This document shows, piece by piece, positions 38,176 through 46,574 of a stretch of DNA of 64,000 nucleotides. The DNA is taken from the IMG/VR virus record IMGVR_UViG_3300020183_000012, positions 1 to 64,000 of that record; one strand, 5' to 3'. Each line of letters begins with the position of its first letter. Positions within the stretch are counted from its first letter, which is position 1. The stretch comes from a virus. The translations under genes and the position numbers were made by a program. The notes beneath the pieces were generated by a model. It was given only the letters and a program-made list of their open reading frames with translations. It was not told where the DNA came from and searched no databases.

Positions 38176-38272
38176 GCGTAGTTAAGTATCACGTCTACTT
38201 CCGTGAAGACTTATATGGATTAGGCTTTCTAGAGGCTGGAATTGAGAATGGGTGCAAGTCCCTCGCTACGCT
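38176..38272 (+). ncRNA. atypical tRNA-like element (possible CTA anticodon loop)
   Basis: GCGTAGT/GCTACGC acceptor-like stem; GGG-TGCAAGT-CCC T-arm variant; enlarged D region; weak stem around TTCTAGA; occupies a tRNA slot in the array. Confidence 0.5.
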
Positions 38273-38276
38273 TTTC

Positions 38277-38349
38277 GCTCCCTTAACTCAGCGGCTAGAG
38301 TGTCGCCTTTACACGGCGGAAGTCACTGGTTCGAATCCAGTAGGGTGCA
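38277..38349 (+). tRNA. tRNA-Val(TAC)
   Basis: TCGCC-ttTACac-GGCGG; U3:U70 mismatch in acceptor stem. Confidence 0.9.
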
Positions 38350-38351
38350 TT

Positions 38352-38423
38352 GCCACTTTAGCTCAACGGCAGAGCAGTGCTTTTGTAAAGCACAGGTTGC
38401 GGGTTCGAATCCAGTAAGTGGCT
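38352..38423 (+). tRNA. tRNA-Thr(TGT)
   Basis: GCCACTT/AAGTGGC; GTGCT-ttTGTaa-AGCAC. Confidence 0.92.
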
Positions 38424-38426
38424 TTT

Positions 38427-38499
38427 GGTCGGGTACTCAAATGGCTAAGAGAATGGATTGCAAATCCATTATGTGCTGGTTCGAATCCAGTCCCGATCT
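38427..38499 (+). tRNA. tRNA-Cys(GCA)
   Basis: ATGGA-ttGCAaa-TCCAT; U73 discriminator. Confidence 0.92.
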
Positions 38500-38503
38500 T
38501 TAG

Positions 38504-38586
<83 letters not shown>

Positions 38587-38605
38587 TTGCCGATATATGA
38601 TAGAT

Positions 38606-38678
38606 TCCTCTGTAGCTCAGCTGGTAGAGCAGGGAGCTGTTAACTCCCGGGTCACTGGTTCAAATCCAGTCGGAGGAG
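38606..38678 (+). tRNA. tRNA-Asn(GTT)
   Basis: TCCTCTG/CGGAGGA; GGGAG-ctGTTaa-CTCCC; G73. Confidence 0.93.
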
Positions 38679-38682
38679 TTTT

Positions 38683-38755
38683 GGCACTGTAGCCCAATGG
38701 CAGAGGCGTTTGATTCAAAATCAAAATAGTGTCGGTTCGAGTCCGACCAGTGCTA
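38683..38755 (+). tRNA. tRNA-Leu(CAA), short variable loop
   Basis: GGCACTG/CAGTGCT; TTTGA-ttCAAaa-TCAAA; 5-nt variable region; A73. Confidence 0.85.
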
Positions 38756-38799
38756 CTAAAATGCCGATATAGATTGGTGTATAACGTGTTGAGGACAAT

Positions 38800-39165
38800 A
38801 TGAGTGATAGAATTAAACTTTACAATTGGGATCTTTTAACGGCCATAAGGCCAAGGAGAATAAAAATGTTTAGATCTTTAAATTATATTGAGCTGTCTGT
38901 TGGTCTTGCGGTTATTTCGCTTGTTGCTTGGTTTTCAACTGGTAATGCTGAGGTATTTTTAACTATTTTTGGACTTGCCTATTTTCTTTCTATGGCTCAC
39001 GCTTGGAAGGTTTCAATGGATAGTGTCAAGGATTCCAATCACAGAGATCATTCCGAAGTAATTAATAGGTTATGGGATCTTGAAGATAAGTACGAAAAGT
39101 GCTCAGGCAGTAAATGCATGGAGACTAGAGAGAAAGTTACTATCACAAGCAAGGCAGATTTCTGA
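38800..39165 (+). CDS. membrane protein (2 TM)
   Basis: Two hydrophobic segments; alternative start 38866 with SD AAGGAG. Confidence 0.65.
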   Translation: MSDRIKLYNWDLLTAIRPRRIKMFRSLNYIELSVGLAVISLVAWFSTGNAEVFLTIFGLAYFLSMAHAWKVSMDSVKDSNHRDHSEVINRLWDLEDKYEKCSGSKCMETREKVTITSKADF

Positions 39166-39168
39166 AAA

Positions 39169-39621
39169 ATGGAAGAAATCATTTCTGAAGGTCTTACGAT
39201 AAGATCTGAGGATGCATGTGAAGGAGCATCCGTCAACGATGTAGAGGAGATAATCGGTGACGGATGCTTTCTTCATATGCATTTTGTTTCAGATCAACAG
39301 ATAGATATGGTTCTTGCTGATTCTGCAAATACAAATCAGTATTCTTTTTCAATAAAACCAAAATTTGACGAAGATAAATGTAGAATATTTTTGTCATGTG
39401 ACGGTTCTGTCGATAAGTCTTGTGATCATTTGATAAGAGAAATAGGAAAAGATGTAATAGAAGAGAATAAGTCATTGAAAAAAAGAATTGAGTATCTTGA
39501 AAAAAGCATGAAAAGCATAGATATTGAATTGAGGCTTGAGCGTGCAACAAAAACACTTAAAATTAATGAGCTTCTTGACAAGATAAATTCGCTTGAGAAA
39601 CATAAGATTGTAAACAGTTAA
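39169..39621 (+). CDS. hypothetical protein
   Basis: ORF with C-terminal coiled coil. Confidence 0.65.
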   Translation: MEEIISEGLTIRSEDACEGASVNDVEEIIGDGCFLHMHFVSDQQIDMVLADSANTNQYSFSIKPKFDEDKCRIFLSCDGSVDKSCDHLIREIGKDVIEENKSLKKRIEYLEKSMKSIDIELRLERATKTLKINELLDKINSLEKHKIVNS

Positions 39622-39624
39622 AAA

Positions 39625-39714
39625 GGATAGATGGCCGAGTGGTTTAAGGCTGCGGTTTACTAAACCGCCGTAGGCTCCAGAAGCTTACCGGGGGTTCGAA
39701 TCCCTCTCTATCCG
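39625..39714 (+). tRNA. tRNA-Ser(ACT)
   Basis: GGATAGA/TCTATCC, G73; GCGGT-ttACTaa-ACCGC; long variable arm GTAGGCT/AGCTTAC. Confidence 0.9.
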
Positions 39715-39719
39715 TTAAT

Positions 39720-39806
39720 GGACAGGTGTCCGAGTGGTTGAAGGAGCAGCATTGGAAATGCTGTTTACGGGAAACCGTAACGTGGGTTCGAATCCCACCT
39801 TGTCCG
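39720..39806 (+). tRNA. tRNA-Ser(GGA)
   Basis: CAGCA-ttGGAaa-TGCTG; long variable arm; G73. Confidence 0.93.
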
Positions 39807-39823
39807 TTTATTGGAGGTTTGAT

Positions 39824-40474
39824 ATGTCAGTTTATGAATCAGAAGAATGGAAATTACATCTTCAAAAATTTGTCAATCTAATTAAAAATGAAAGATTTGA
39901 CGTTGATTCATATATTATGGACATAGTAACATGGCTAAGCAATCCCAAATTAAAAAGATTTGAGCCTTATTGTGCTCTTTATAGAAATGCATTGGATGCT
40001 GACAAGGATGGCAAATTTGCTAAACCATCATTATGGGAAGATAGATTTATAAAGATAGAAAAGATACATGATGCTTGCATGTATTATGGTAGTCCGTGGG
40101 CTCGTGTAATTAGCTCTGAGACTATCGCTCACAGATGGTTTGATTTTGATTTTCATCTTGGTATGAGTGAATATAGAAATAAGTGGATTCTTGGATATGA
40201 TACTTCTTATGATATTTCATTGAAGCTTTTCCCATATGATAAGAGGTATTTAAAATTTTTAGACTCATCACTTTATTGGAAAGCAAATGCTTTTTATAAA
40301 ATTGGAGATCAAGAAAAAGCTAAGAAAATATTTTGTAAAATTGCAAATCGTGAGGGAAAGAGATATGGTCTGAGCGCTGCATTTTTGCGCAAAATAAAAG
40401 TTTCAGACGAAATATGTAGGGGTGTGAGAGATATATTTCATATAAATAAGGACGGTAATGATCATGAACTATGA
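39824..40474 (+). CDS. hypothetical protein, TPR-like C-terminus
   Basis: Start moved to 39824 (SD GGAGG) because the longer ORF overlaps tRNA-Ser; SLYWKANAFYKIGDQEKAKKIF resembles a TPR. Confidence 0.65.
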   Translation: MSVYESEEWKLHLQKFVNLIKNERFDVDSYIMDIVTWLSNPKLKRFEPYCALYRNALDADKDGKFAKPSLWEDRFIKIEKIHDACMYYGSPWARVISSETIAHRWFDFDFHLGMSEYRNKWILGYDTSYDISLKLFPYDKRYLKFLDSSLYWKANAFYKIGDQEKAKKIFCKIANREGKRYGLSAAFLRKIKVSDEICRGVRDIFHINKDGNDHEL

Positions 40475-40634
40475 AGATTTTGATGACGATGATTTTTATA
40501 ATTTTTATTATGAAGAAAAGCGCAGCTTTGATGGTAGTAAAATTTTAAAATATTTTATACTATTTATGTATTTTGTTGGGATATTGTTTTTATTATATAT
40601 TGGTATTTTGGCTGCAGGATACCAGTTATCTTAA
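40458..40634 (+). CDS. small membrane protein (58 aa, below the ORF-track cutoff)
   Basis: SD AAGGA; acidic N-terminus then ILKYFILFMYFVGILFLLYIGILAA. Confidence 0.55.
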   Translation: MIMNYEDFDDDDFYNFYYEEKRSFDGSKILKYFILFMYFVGILFLLYIGILAAGYQLS

Positions 40635-40652
40635 TTCGTAATTATTTATACA

Positions 40653-41009
40653 ATGTATATTACACAATTGTTACAAATACACAATCAAATAAAGATACTT
40701 CACTGGCAGACATCTTCTTATGCAGAGCATAAAGCTCTTGGAAATCTTTACGGGGACATGGATGACCTTATTGATAATTTTGTAGAGGTCAGAAGTGGGC
40801 AATATGGAATAAGTAAAGCTAAAAATAATTTTAGTATTTCTATGGAAAACATAGAAAAATGCAATCCTAAAAAATGCATAGAAGAAGGCATATCAGTTCT
40901 TAAACAGATATATAATTCTGTATCAGAAGAAGATACAGAATTGAAGAACATACTGGATGAAATGATTGCTGCTATGAGAAAAACTAGATATCTTCTTGAG
41001 CTTAAATAG
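40653..41009 (+). CDS. Dps/ferritin-like phage protein
   Basis: LHWQT..YAEHKAL..LY.....LID.FVE, L.NILDEM...Y.L; class A element upstream. Confidence 0.8.
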   Translation: MYITQLLQIHNQIKILHWQTSSYAEHKALGNLYGDMDDLIDNFVEVRSGQYGISKAKNNFSISMENIEKCNPKKCIEEGISVLKQIYNSVSEEDTELKNILDEMIAAMRKTRYLLELK

Positions 41010-41220
41010 AGTCGTAACTATTGGGTTTTATTCCCCATTTTTTCAAATCTTTTTCATATTTTTGATTTGCGGAAAAAACTGTTGGAAAGTGCTTAACAAT
41101 GCGCCTAGCTTCTAGGCGTATTTTCTTTGGAACTCTAGGAGATTTCTTTGGGTCCATAAGATCATAAAGAAATCTTCTTGCCGAGTTTATGCTGTTATAC
41201 TCTTCATGTGGCATGGTCAT
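41002..41220 (-). CDS. small conserved phage protein (BPSL0761-like)
   Basis: MTMP.E.......R.FL..L.DPK..PRVPK.IR.EAR...KHFP. Confidence 0.7.
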   Translation of the reverse strand: MTMPHEEYNSINSARRFLYDLMDPKKSPRVPKKIRLEARRIVKHFPTVFSANQKYEKDLKKWGIKPNSYDSI

Positions 41221-41289
41221 GTTGGTAGTCTCCAGATTTTTGACATCAGCAACTTTATATTGTATATCTTCCTAGTCAAATAAAATTTT

Positions 41290-41769
41290 TTAATTTTTAG
41301 CCATTTTTTTATGCTGTTGTTCACCATAGTATTGATTCATGTATTTTCTGCTTGAAGCTTTTATTGTTCTTAGGTCAACTTCGACATTATGTTTTTTAAG
41401 TAATCTTACTGCTGTATATTCAGCTGCTTTTTCGTGCTGATATTCCGATGCATGTAACCAAAATTTTCTTCTTTTTAACCATTGAAGGAAATGAGCGTAT
41501 TCGTGTGCTAGTGTGTGCACCCATACAGTTTCTCCTGATCCTTTTGCTACTTTTATTTCTCCATCTCTAAAACTGTAGCCGCTTCCCTTTGTTTTTTTTC
41601 TCCATGGTTCCCAAAAATATCCAAAGCATCTCTCTCCATCATTAGCATTTAATTTTTTTCCTGAAGTAAATGTCACCGTTACTCCATATTCGGAGCAGTG
41701 ATCTCTTATATGATTTACGAATTTTTTTATTGATTCTTTACTGGTTAATCTGTAGTTTACTTTTGCCAT
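41290..41769 (-). CDS. zincin-like metallopeptidase
   Basis: TLAHEYAHFLQW...E..AE; SD GGAGG. Confidence 0.7.
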   Translation of the reverse strand: MAKVNYRLTSKESIKKFVNHIRDHCSEYGVTVTFTSGKKLNANDGERCFGYFWEPWRKKTKGSGYSFRDGEIKVAKGSGETVWVHTLAHEYAHFLQWLKRRKFWLHASEYQHEKAAEYTAVRLLKKHNVEVDLRTIKASSRKYMNQYYGEQQHKKMAKN

Positions 41770-41887
41770 TCATCACCCTCCAACTACATATTTCTCGGCA
41801 TGATGACTTTCCCCTTTTAAAATTGTGAATAATATAAATCTTTATTTATTAAGGATATATAAAATAATATTGGTAGATAAATATAGT

Positions 41888-42670
41888 ATGAATTGGTTTA
41901 AAATATCTCAATCACAACAATCTGAAATAACATATGTTGTTCAAAAGGGAGATACTCTATCTGGTATTTCTAAAAAATTATTAAATAATGTTAACAGGTG
42001 GCCAGAGATACAGGCTTTAAACAACATTAAAGATCCCAGCATAATTAAACCTGGTCAAATACTAAAAATACCTTCCGTCAATTTGGAAGAGATATCAAAG
42101 CCCGTTCAGAAAACCCCAATTGTTTCTCAATCTGGGGTCCTTGAGGCTCTTAAAAAAGAAATATCAAGAACAGAGGGTAACTATGGTGCTTATAACAGGG
42201 GCAAAGCTGGAGACACAACTGTCCCCCAAATAGACATAACTAAACTTACAATTGGTCAAATTATGCAAATGCAGGCAAATCGAAAAATGTTCGCTGTGGG
42301 AAAATATCAGATGATACCTGCTACCTTAAAAGAAGCCATAAATAATAAAAAAATAGGACTAAAAGAAAGCGATGTATTTAGTCCTCAAAACCAAGAAAAG
42401 CTATTCATGTATTTGCTGTACAAGAGACCCTCTCTGATGTCTTATATTGAAGGCAAAAGCGACGATATTGATGCCGCAGTGAACGATTTGGCTAAAGAAT
42501 TCGCTTCTCTACCCACAACTTCAGGAAAAGGTTACTATGATGGAGACAGTGCTGGCAATAAGGCATCTGGTGGTAAAGAAAGAGTAGATAAAATAAAAGA
42601 AATATTAAAAAATTTAAGGTCATCTTTATCTAGTTCTGGAGGTGTACAGAATGCAGGCAAGACCAAATAA
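41888..42670 (+). CDS. LysM plus lysozyme-superfamily muramidase
   Basis: YVVQKGDTLSGIS...N.I.DP..IKPGQ.L.IP (LysM); TEG.Y, AVGKYQMIP.TL, FSPQNQE, EFASLP; start at MNWFKISQ after a class A element. Confidence 0.85.
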   Translation: MNWFKISQSQQSEITYVVQKGDTLSGISKKLLNNVNRWPEIQALNNIKDPSIIKPGQILKIPSVNLEEISKPVQKTPIVSQSGVLEALKKEISRTEGNYGAYNRGKAGDTTVPQIDITKLTIGQIMQMQANRKMFAVGKYQMIPATLKEAINNKKIGLKESDVFSPQNQEKLFMYLLYKRPSLMSYIEGKSDDIDAAVNDLAKEFASLPTTSGKGYYDGDSAGNKASGGKERVDKIKEILKNLRSSLSSSGGVQNAGKTK

Positions 42671-42893
42671 AAATAGAAGAGGCAGGCAGTCTGAAAAATA
42701 CATATATGTGCCTTATTTGAACGATTCTAACTGCGTTACCAAGTTGCTCCTTACCGAAAAAGAATTTTTGAACGCAAAATCAAGAGCAGAAAAAAATCCC
42801 GAAGACACTTACGGAGATGTTATTGCTTTTCAGGTAATAGAAAATATAGTATCTGAAAAAATAACAGAAGTTAAAAAAGAAAATTTTGAATAA
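42651..42893 (+). CDS. hypothetical protein
   Basis: SD GGAGG before ATG 42651. Confidence 0.65.
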   Translation: MQARPNKNRRGRQSEKYIYVPYLNDSNCVTKLLLTEKEFLNAKSRAEKNPEDTYGDVIAFQVIENIVSEKITEVKKENFE

Positions 42894-43028
42894 CTTATAA
42901 AAATATAGCAATAGATCCTCCATTTAAGTAAATATATTTTGCCATGCAAGTGTGTGCTATGTCATTTAAAAAAAATCTAGATCAAGAAAATAAAACCGAT
43001 AAATATTTGGTTTTTAAAGGAGAAAAAT

Positions 43029-43142
43029 ATGGCAAGCACAAGCAAGGGTTTTAATTCTAAAACAAAGAGACACAAAAAATACGAAGCTATGATAAAAAAA
43101 TCAAGAAGAGTAATGGATATGAAGAGGAAGCAAAAAAAATAA
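43029..43142 (+). CDS. small basic peptide (37 aa)
   Basis: CCGATAAAT element, SD AAGGAG, MASTSKGFNSKTKRHKKYEAMIKKSRRVMDMKRKQKK, then a terminator. Confidence 0.65.
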   Translation: MASTSKGFNSKTKRHKKYEAMIKKSRRVMDMKRKQKK

Positions 43143-43143
43143 T

Positions 43144-43173
43144 AAAAAAGACCGGTTTATCCGGTCTTTTTTA
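43144..43173. terminator. bidirectional intrinsic terminator
   Basis: AAAAAAGACCGG-tttat-CCGGTCTTTTTT between convergent genes. Confidence 0.85.
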
Positions 43174-43177
43174 TTTG

Positions 43178-43498
43178 TCAATTATTTGGTGTTTCTTTTT
43201 TTGGTTTTTGAGGCTCTAGCGTTCCGTCGTCATCGTAACCATCATCATCTTTGTCCTCTTCGCATTCAGCTGGTTTTTTCACCAGATGCCTCCAGGCTGC
43301 CATCATTGCTATGATGGCAATTGGAATATACCATATTACCCATCCGTATGATGGCTGCATTGGTCCAGGTTGAGATATGTGGTCCTTTAATTGTAGCATT
43401 ACAACATTGTCGCTAGTATTGTCCGGAACTATTATTGGCTCGGTAGTATTGCATCCAGCAATAAGTAGAAGGGACATTATAAATAATTTTGCTTTCAT
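43178..43498 (-). CDS. lipoprotein with C-proximal TM helix (u-spanin-like)
   Basis: Lipobox LIAG-C16; TM WVIWYIPIAIIAMMAAW; SD GAGGAG. Confidence 0.55.
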   Translation of the reverse strand: MKAKLFIMSLLLIAGCNTTEPIIVPDNTSDNVVMLQLKDHISQPGPMQPSYGWVIWYIPIAIIAMMAAWRHLVKKPAECEEDKDDDGYDDDGTLEPQKPKKETPNN

Positions 43499-43511
43499 TT
43501 TTCGCTCCTCA

Positions 43512-43949
43512 TTATGACTTGTTGCTGGCTGCTGCTGTTCCGAAGTAGAAGCCTACTATACTGAGTAGTATTTGTCTGTTTTCAGATGCCCAGAAAAATC
43601 CGTTAATTTCAACGAAAGCTTTCTTGCTAGTCTCTGGTATTAATCCAAAAATTCCCTCTGGATTTTTCACATCTACTTCTATAAAAGTTGGTACTCCAAA
43701 GAATGGAAGTATAAATGGTGCAGCAAAAGCACCAAACAAAACAGTTAAAACAATTACCTGTCTAACTGTTCTTCCTGAATCTATAGAAACTCTTTGTACA
43801 GCTTTGTCTTGATTGTCAGTGGTCTGTTTGTTTGCCTGTATGAGTTGCTGAAACATTTCTTTTTGGTCTTGGCTTTTTTGAGCCATGTACTTAAAAAGAA
43901 ACCCAGTCACTCCTCCACCGATCATGCTAATTAGTTCTGTTGGTATCAT
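43512..43949 (-). CDS. holin-like membrane protein
   Basis: Start MIPTELISMIGGG (SD GAGG); hydrophobic segments; C-terminal IVGFYFG; class A element at ~44008. Confidence 0.6.
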   Translation of the reverse strand: MIPTELISMIGGGVTGFLFKYMAQKSQDQKEMFQQLIQANKQTTDNQDKAVQRVSIDSGRTVRQVIVLTVLFGAFAAPFILPFFGVPTFIEVDVKNPEGIFGLIPETSKKAFVEINGFFWASENRQILLSIVGFYFGTAAASNKS

Positions 43950-44090
43950 TGTAACCTCGCTTTGTCTTTTGGACCTTAATTTAATTAATCTTAAAGACAT
44001 GAAATACCTTTTTATAAAAATAATCATGTTTTTAATATTTTTTTAACAATACTGGCTTGTTTTTGGCGTTTTTGAGCATACAATACGGAT

Positions 44091-44396
44091 ATGCCAAATC
44101 CAAAAGGATCAACTTATGAAGTGGGCAAGAAGCTTCCCTTTAATATTTTTGCCTTCCGTGTATCGGTTTCACTTGAAAGATCAAGTGAACTTGAATCTAT
44201 TGTTAAAAAAATACATCATAGTAGAAGAAACTGCATGAAATCTTTTGTTTCCGACGATAATTATTCGCATCTTCATTTTAGATGTTGTGGTTCTGAAAAA
44301 AGAAAGCGCATTATTGAAGAGATTTCCATTGCAGGACTTAAGAATTTTTTTATTACAAATTCTTTTGATGGTATTATTTTTGATGATATTCAATAA
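44091..44396 (+). CDS. hypothetical protein
   Basis: ORF with TACAAT 6 nt before ATG. Confidence 0.55.
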   Translation: MPNPKGSTYEVGKKLPFNIFAFRVSVSLERSSELESIVKKIHHSRRNCMKSFVSDDNYSHLHFRCCGSEKRKRIIEEISIAGLKNFFITNSFDGIIFDDIQ

Positions 44397-44429
44397 AGGT
44401 TTGACTTTTTTTTCATAATATAAATTAAT

Positions 44430-45131
44430 ATGTTTTTCAATTGGTATAAGACTGCACAGATAAAGTCTACAATGATTCATTCTTTGGATCCGGCAGATTT
44501 TCCTGTTAGAATATTTTTTTCACATAAAGCCAACAAAGATTTGGAATCTATGGATAAAACAAGAAAACAAGCTATTATGGATTCTATTAAAAACTGGCCT
44601 CACAATGTAGGTTCATTTACTCTGACAAAAAATCTTCACAAGTTAGAAGTTTCATATCTCAATAAGCCAAGAGTGATGTATTTTCAGTGCAAAGAAAATG
44701 AAGACATCGTAATGTATATTTACAGATGCTTCCCAACTCATGCAGAGTACAACAAGGCTCTTCCTTCTCTGGCCAATATTCCAAATTTTTGCGTTGATAA
44801 AAACGGAGAAAAAAATCCTCAACTTTTGTCTTTGTTTGACAGGACACCTTGGTATGAAAACAAAAAAGATAAAAAACAAAAGATAAACATACAGATATAT
44901 CCTGTGTTTGATTTTGCCTTAATTTGTTATCATAAATTCAAACTTGGTGGACAAAAAGGTCTAGAAGAAGTTTTGGAAGAATTAAAAAATTTAGACGAAA
45001 ACAAAATTTATGATTTGATAAATGAGATTGAAAAAATTAATTCTAGCGATAAGTCTTTTGAAAATTTTATAAAAAATATACTGAAAAATAAAATATTCAA
45101 AATATGGGACAGTAAAATGTCTAATTTGTGA
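44430..45131 (+). CDS. RelE/HigB-like RNase domain protein with NWYKTAQ leader
   Basis: IFFS.KA.KDL..MD......I, PRVMY, THAEYNK (HigB-type tail); class A element with GG 32 nt before ATG. Confidence 0.6.
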   Translation: MFFNWYKTAQIKSTMIHSLDPADFPVRIFFSHKANKDLESMDKTRKQAIMDSIKNWPHNVGSFTLTKNLHKLEVSYLNKPRVMYFQCKENEDIVMYIYRCFPTHAEYNKALPSLANIPNFCVDKNGEKNPQLLSLFDRTPWYENKKDKKQKINIQIYPVFDFALICYHKFKLGGQKGLEEVLEELKNLDENKIYDLINEIEKINSSDKSFENFIKNILKNKIFKIWDSKMSNL

Positions 45132-45184
45132 ACCAGCAATGGTATTCTGTTTTGTTCTTGACGATATAGTCTGGGATAAAACAC

Positions 45185-45673
45185 ATGAGAAAAGAACTTC
45201 AAGATCGTCTTTACGTAAATTATCCTGAAATATTTCAGGATAGGGATGGGGACATGAAAGATACTCTTATGTGTTGGGGCATCTGCTGTGGAGACGGTTG
45301 GTATTTTTTGATTAACAATCTTTGCAAGTCAATAAAAAAATATGTTGACTGGAAAAAAAGAATTGCGAAACCAGGAGAAGATCAAAGCAATCTCTCTGTC
45401 GTCGCAGAACAAGTTAAGGAAAAATATGGTTCTTTACGATTTTACATTCGTGGAGGTGATGATTATGTTAATGGTCTTATTGCTATGGCTGAATCTATTA
45501 GTAAAAACACATGTGAATATACTGGAAACTTTGGTGTAATTAGAGGAAGTACATGGCTGTCTTGTACTTCTTTTGATAACATGAAAAGAAAAGCCACTCA
45601 GGAAGAGATTGATTTTGTTTACAACCAGGTTTTGGAAATGGAAAAGACATCTAAAGAAGAAATTTTGCCATAA
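45185..45673 (+). CDS. conserved phage hypothetical protein
   Basis: CGDGW..LI..LC, QVKEKYG.LRFY, AES.S..TCE..G. Confidence 0.75.
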   Translation: MRKELQDRLYVNYPEIFQDRDGDMKDTLMCWGICCGDGWYFLINNLCKSIKKYVDWKKRIAKPGEDQSNLSVVAEQVKEKYGSLRFYIRGGDDYVNGLIAMAESISKNTCEYTGNFGVIRGSTWLSCTSFDNMKRKATQEEIDFVYNQVLEMEKTSKEEILP

Positions 45674-45682
45674 GGAGCAAAA

Positions 45683-45868
45683 ATGCTTGAATCTTTTTGG
45701 AAAAAAATTAATCTTGGACCAAGAGTTAAGAAGACACCAAGAATTCTCACAAGAGATCAGCTATTTGCTATATCTAGAGAATTTCAAATTAGAGAAATAA
45801 TTAGAAAAAATGAAACAATAAACGAAAACGATAATTTTAATAGCAAAATATGGAAAAACAAGATATAA
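45683..45868 (+). CDS. hypothetical protein
   Basis: SD AAGGAG. Confidence 0.55.
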   Translation: MLESFWKKINLGPRVKKTPRILTRDQLFAISREFQIREIIRKNETINENDNFNSKIWKNKI

Positions 45869-46032
45869 AAAAAATAGAAGAGCTTTTCTATATTTTTGGA
45901 GATGTCTCTAAAAATATTGGAAGAATAGAGACTGACGGCAAAGAAGGCAACATGAAAAAGTATGAAAGACTATGCAAAGATAGAGAGTCTGTAATTTCAG
46001 AATTTTCTCAAATAATAAAAAAAAGCATTTAA
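45850..46032 (+). CDS. hypothetical protein
   Basis: Operonic tiling. Confidence 0.55.
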   Translation: MEKQDIKKIEELFYIFGDVSKNIGRIETDGKEGNMKKYERLCKDRESVISEFSQIIKKSI

Positions 46033-46392
46033 ATGAAAACAATAATAGCTGGATCAAGAACAATCAAGGATGGAGATCTTATAGATCAGGCTGTTAGCGA
46101 ATCCGGTTTTACTATTTCAAAGGTCCTGTGCGGTGGAGCAAAGGGTGCTGACATTCTTGGTAGAAACTATGCAAAATCAAAAGGCATACCAGTGCTCGAG
46201 TTTCCCGCCGACTGGGGAAAGTTTGGTAATGCTGCTGGTATTATAAGAAATGTTGCTATGGCGAACAATGCAGATGCTCTTGTGGCCATATGGGATGGAA
46301 AGTCAAGAGGAACTCGTCACATGATAGACGAGGCAAAAAAAAGAAATCTAAAAGTGTATGTGAAAATTATAGAAAAGGAGGTTGTTAATTGA
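46033..46392 (+). CDS. SLOG-family (DUF2493/YspA-like) protein
   Basis: IIAGSR, GGAKGAD.LG, F.ADW...G.AAG..RN..MA, WDGKSRGT.HMI. Confidence 0.85.
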   Translation: MKTIIAGSRTIKDGDLIDQAVSESGFTISKVLCGGAKGADILGRNYAKSKGIPVLEFPADWGKFGNAAGIIRNVAMANNADALVAIWDGKSRGTRHMIDEAKKRNLKVYVKIIEKEVVN

Positions 46393-46574
46393 AAAAGATA
46401 TCCAAAAAAGAAGATAAGGTCAACGGTTTTGTTCTTGCTTTTTTAATTGCTTCATTGGTTTTCCTTTCATTTACTGTCGGAAGGTTTTACGAATACGAAT
46501 ATCACACCAAGACCTGGATGGTAAAATATAGAATGGCAAAAATTACGCCTAATTTTGATCAGGATTCCAAATGA
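46389..46574 (+). CDS. small membrane protein
   Basis: SD AAGGAGG, TTG start; one TM. Confidence 0.6.
   Translation: MKKISKKEDKVNGFVLAFLIASLVFLSFTVGRFYEYEYHTKTWMVKYRMAKITPNFDQDSK

Noticed and set aside
39734-39823. N-terminal extension of ORF 39734..40474
   Set aside because: It lies within tRNA-Ser(GGA); a GGAGG SD supports ATG 39824.
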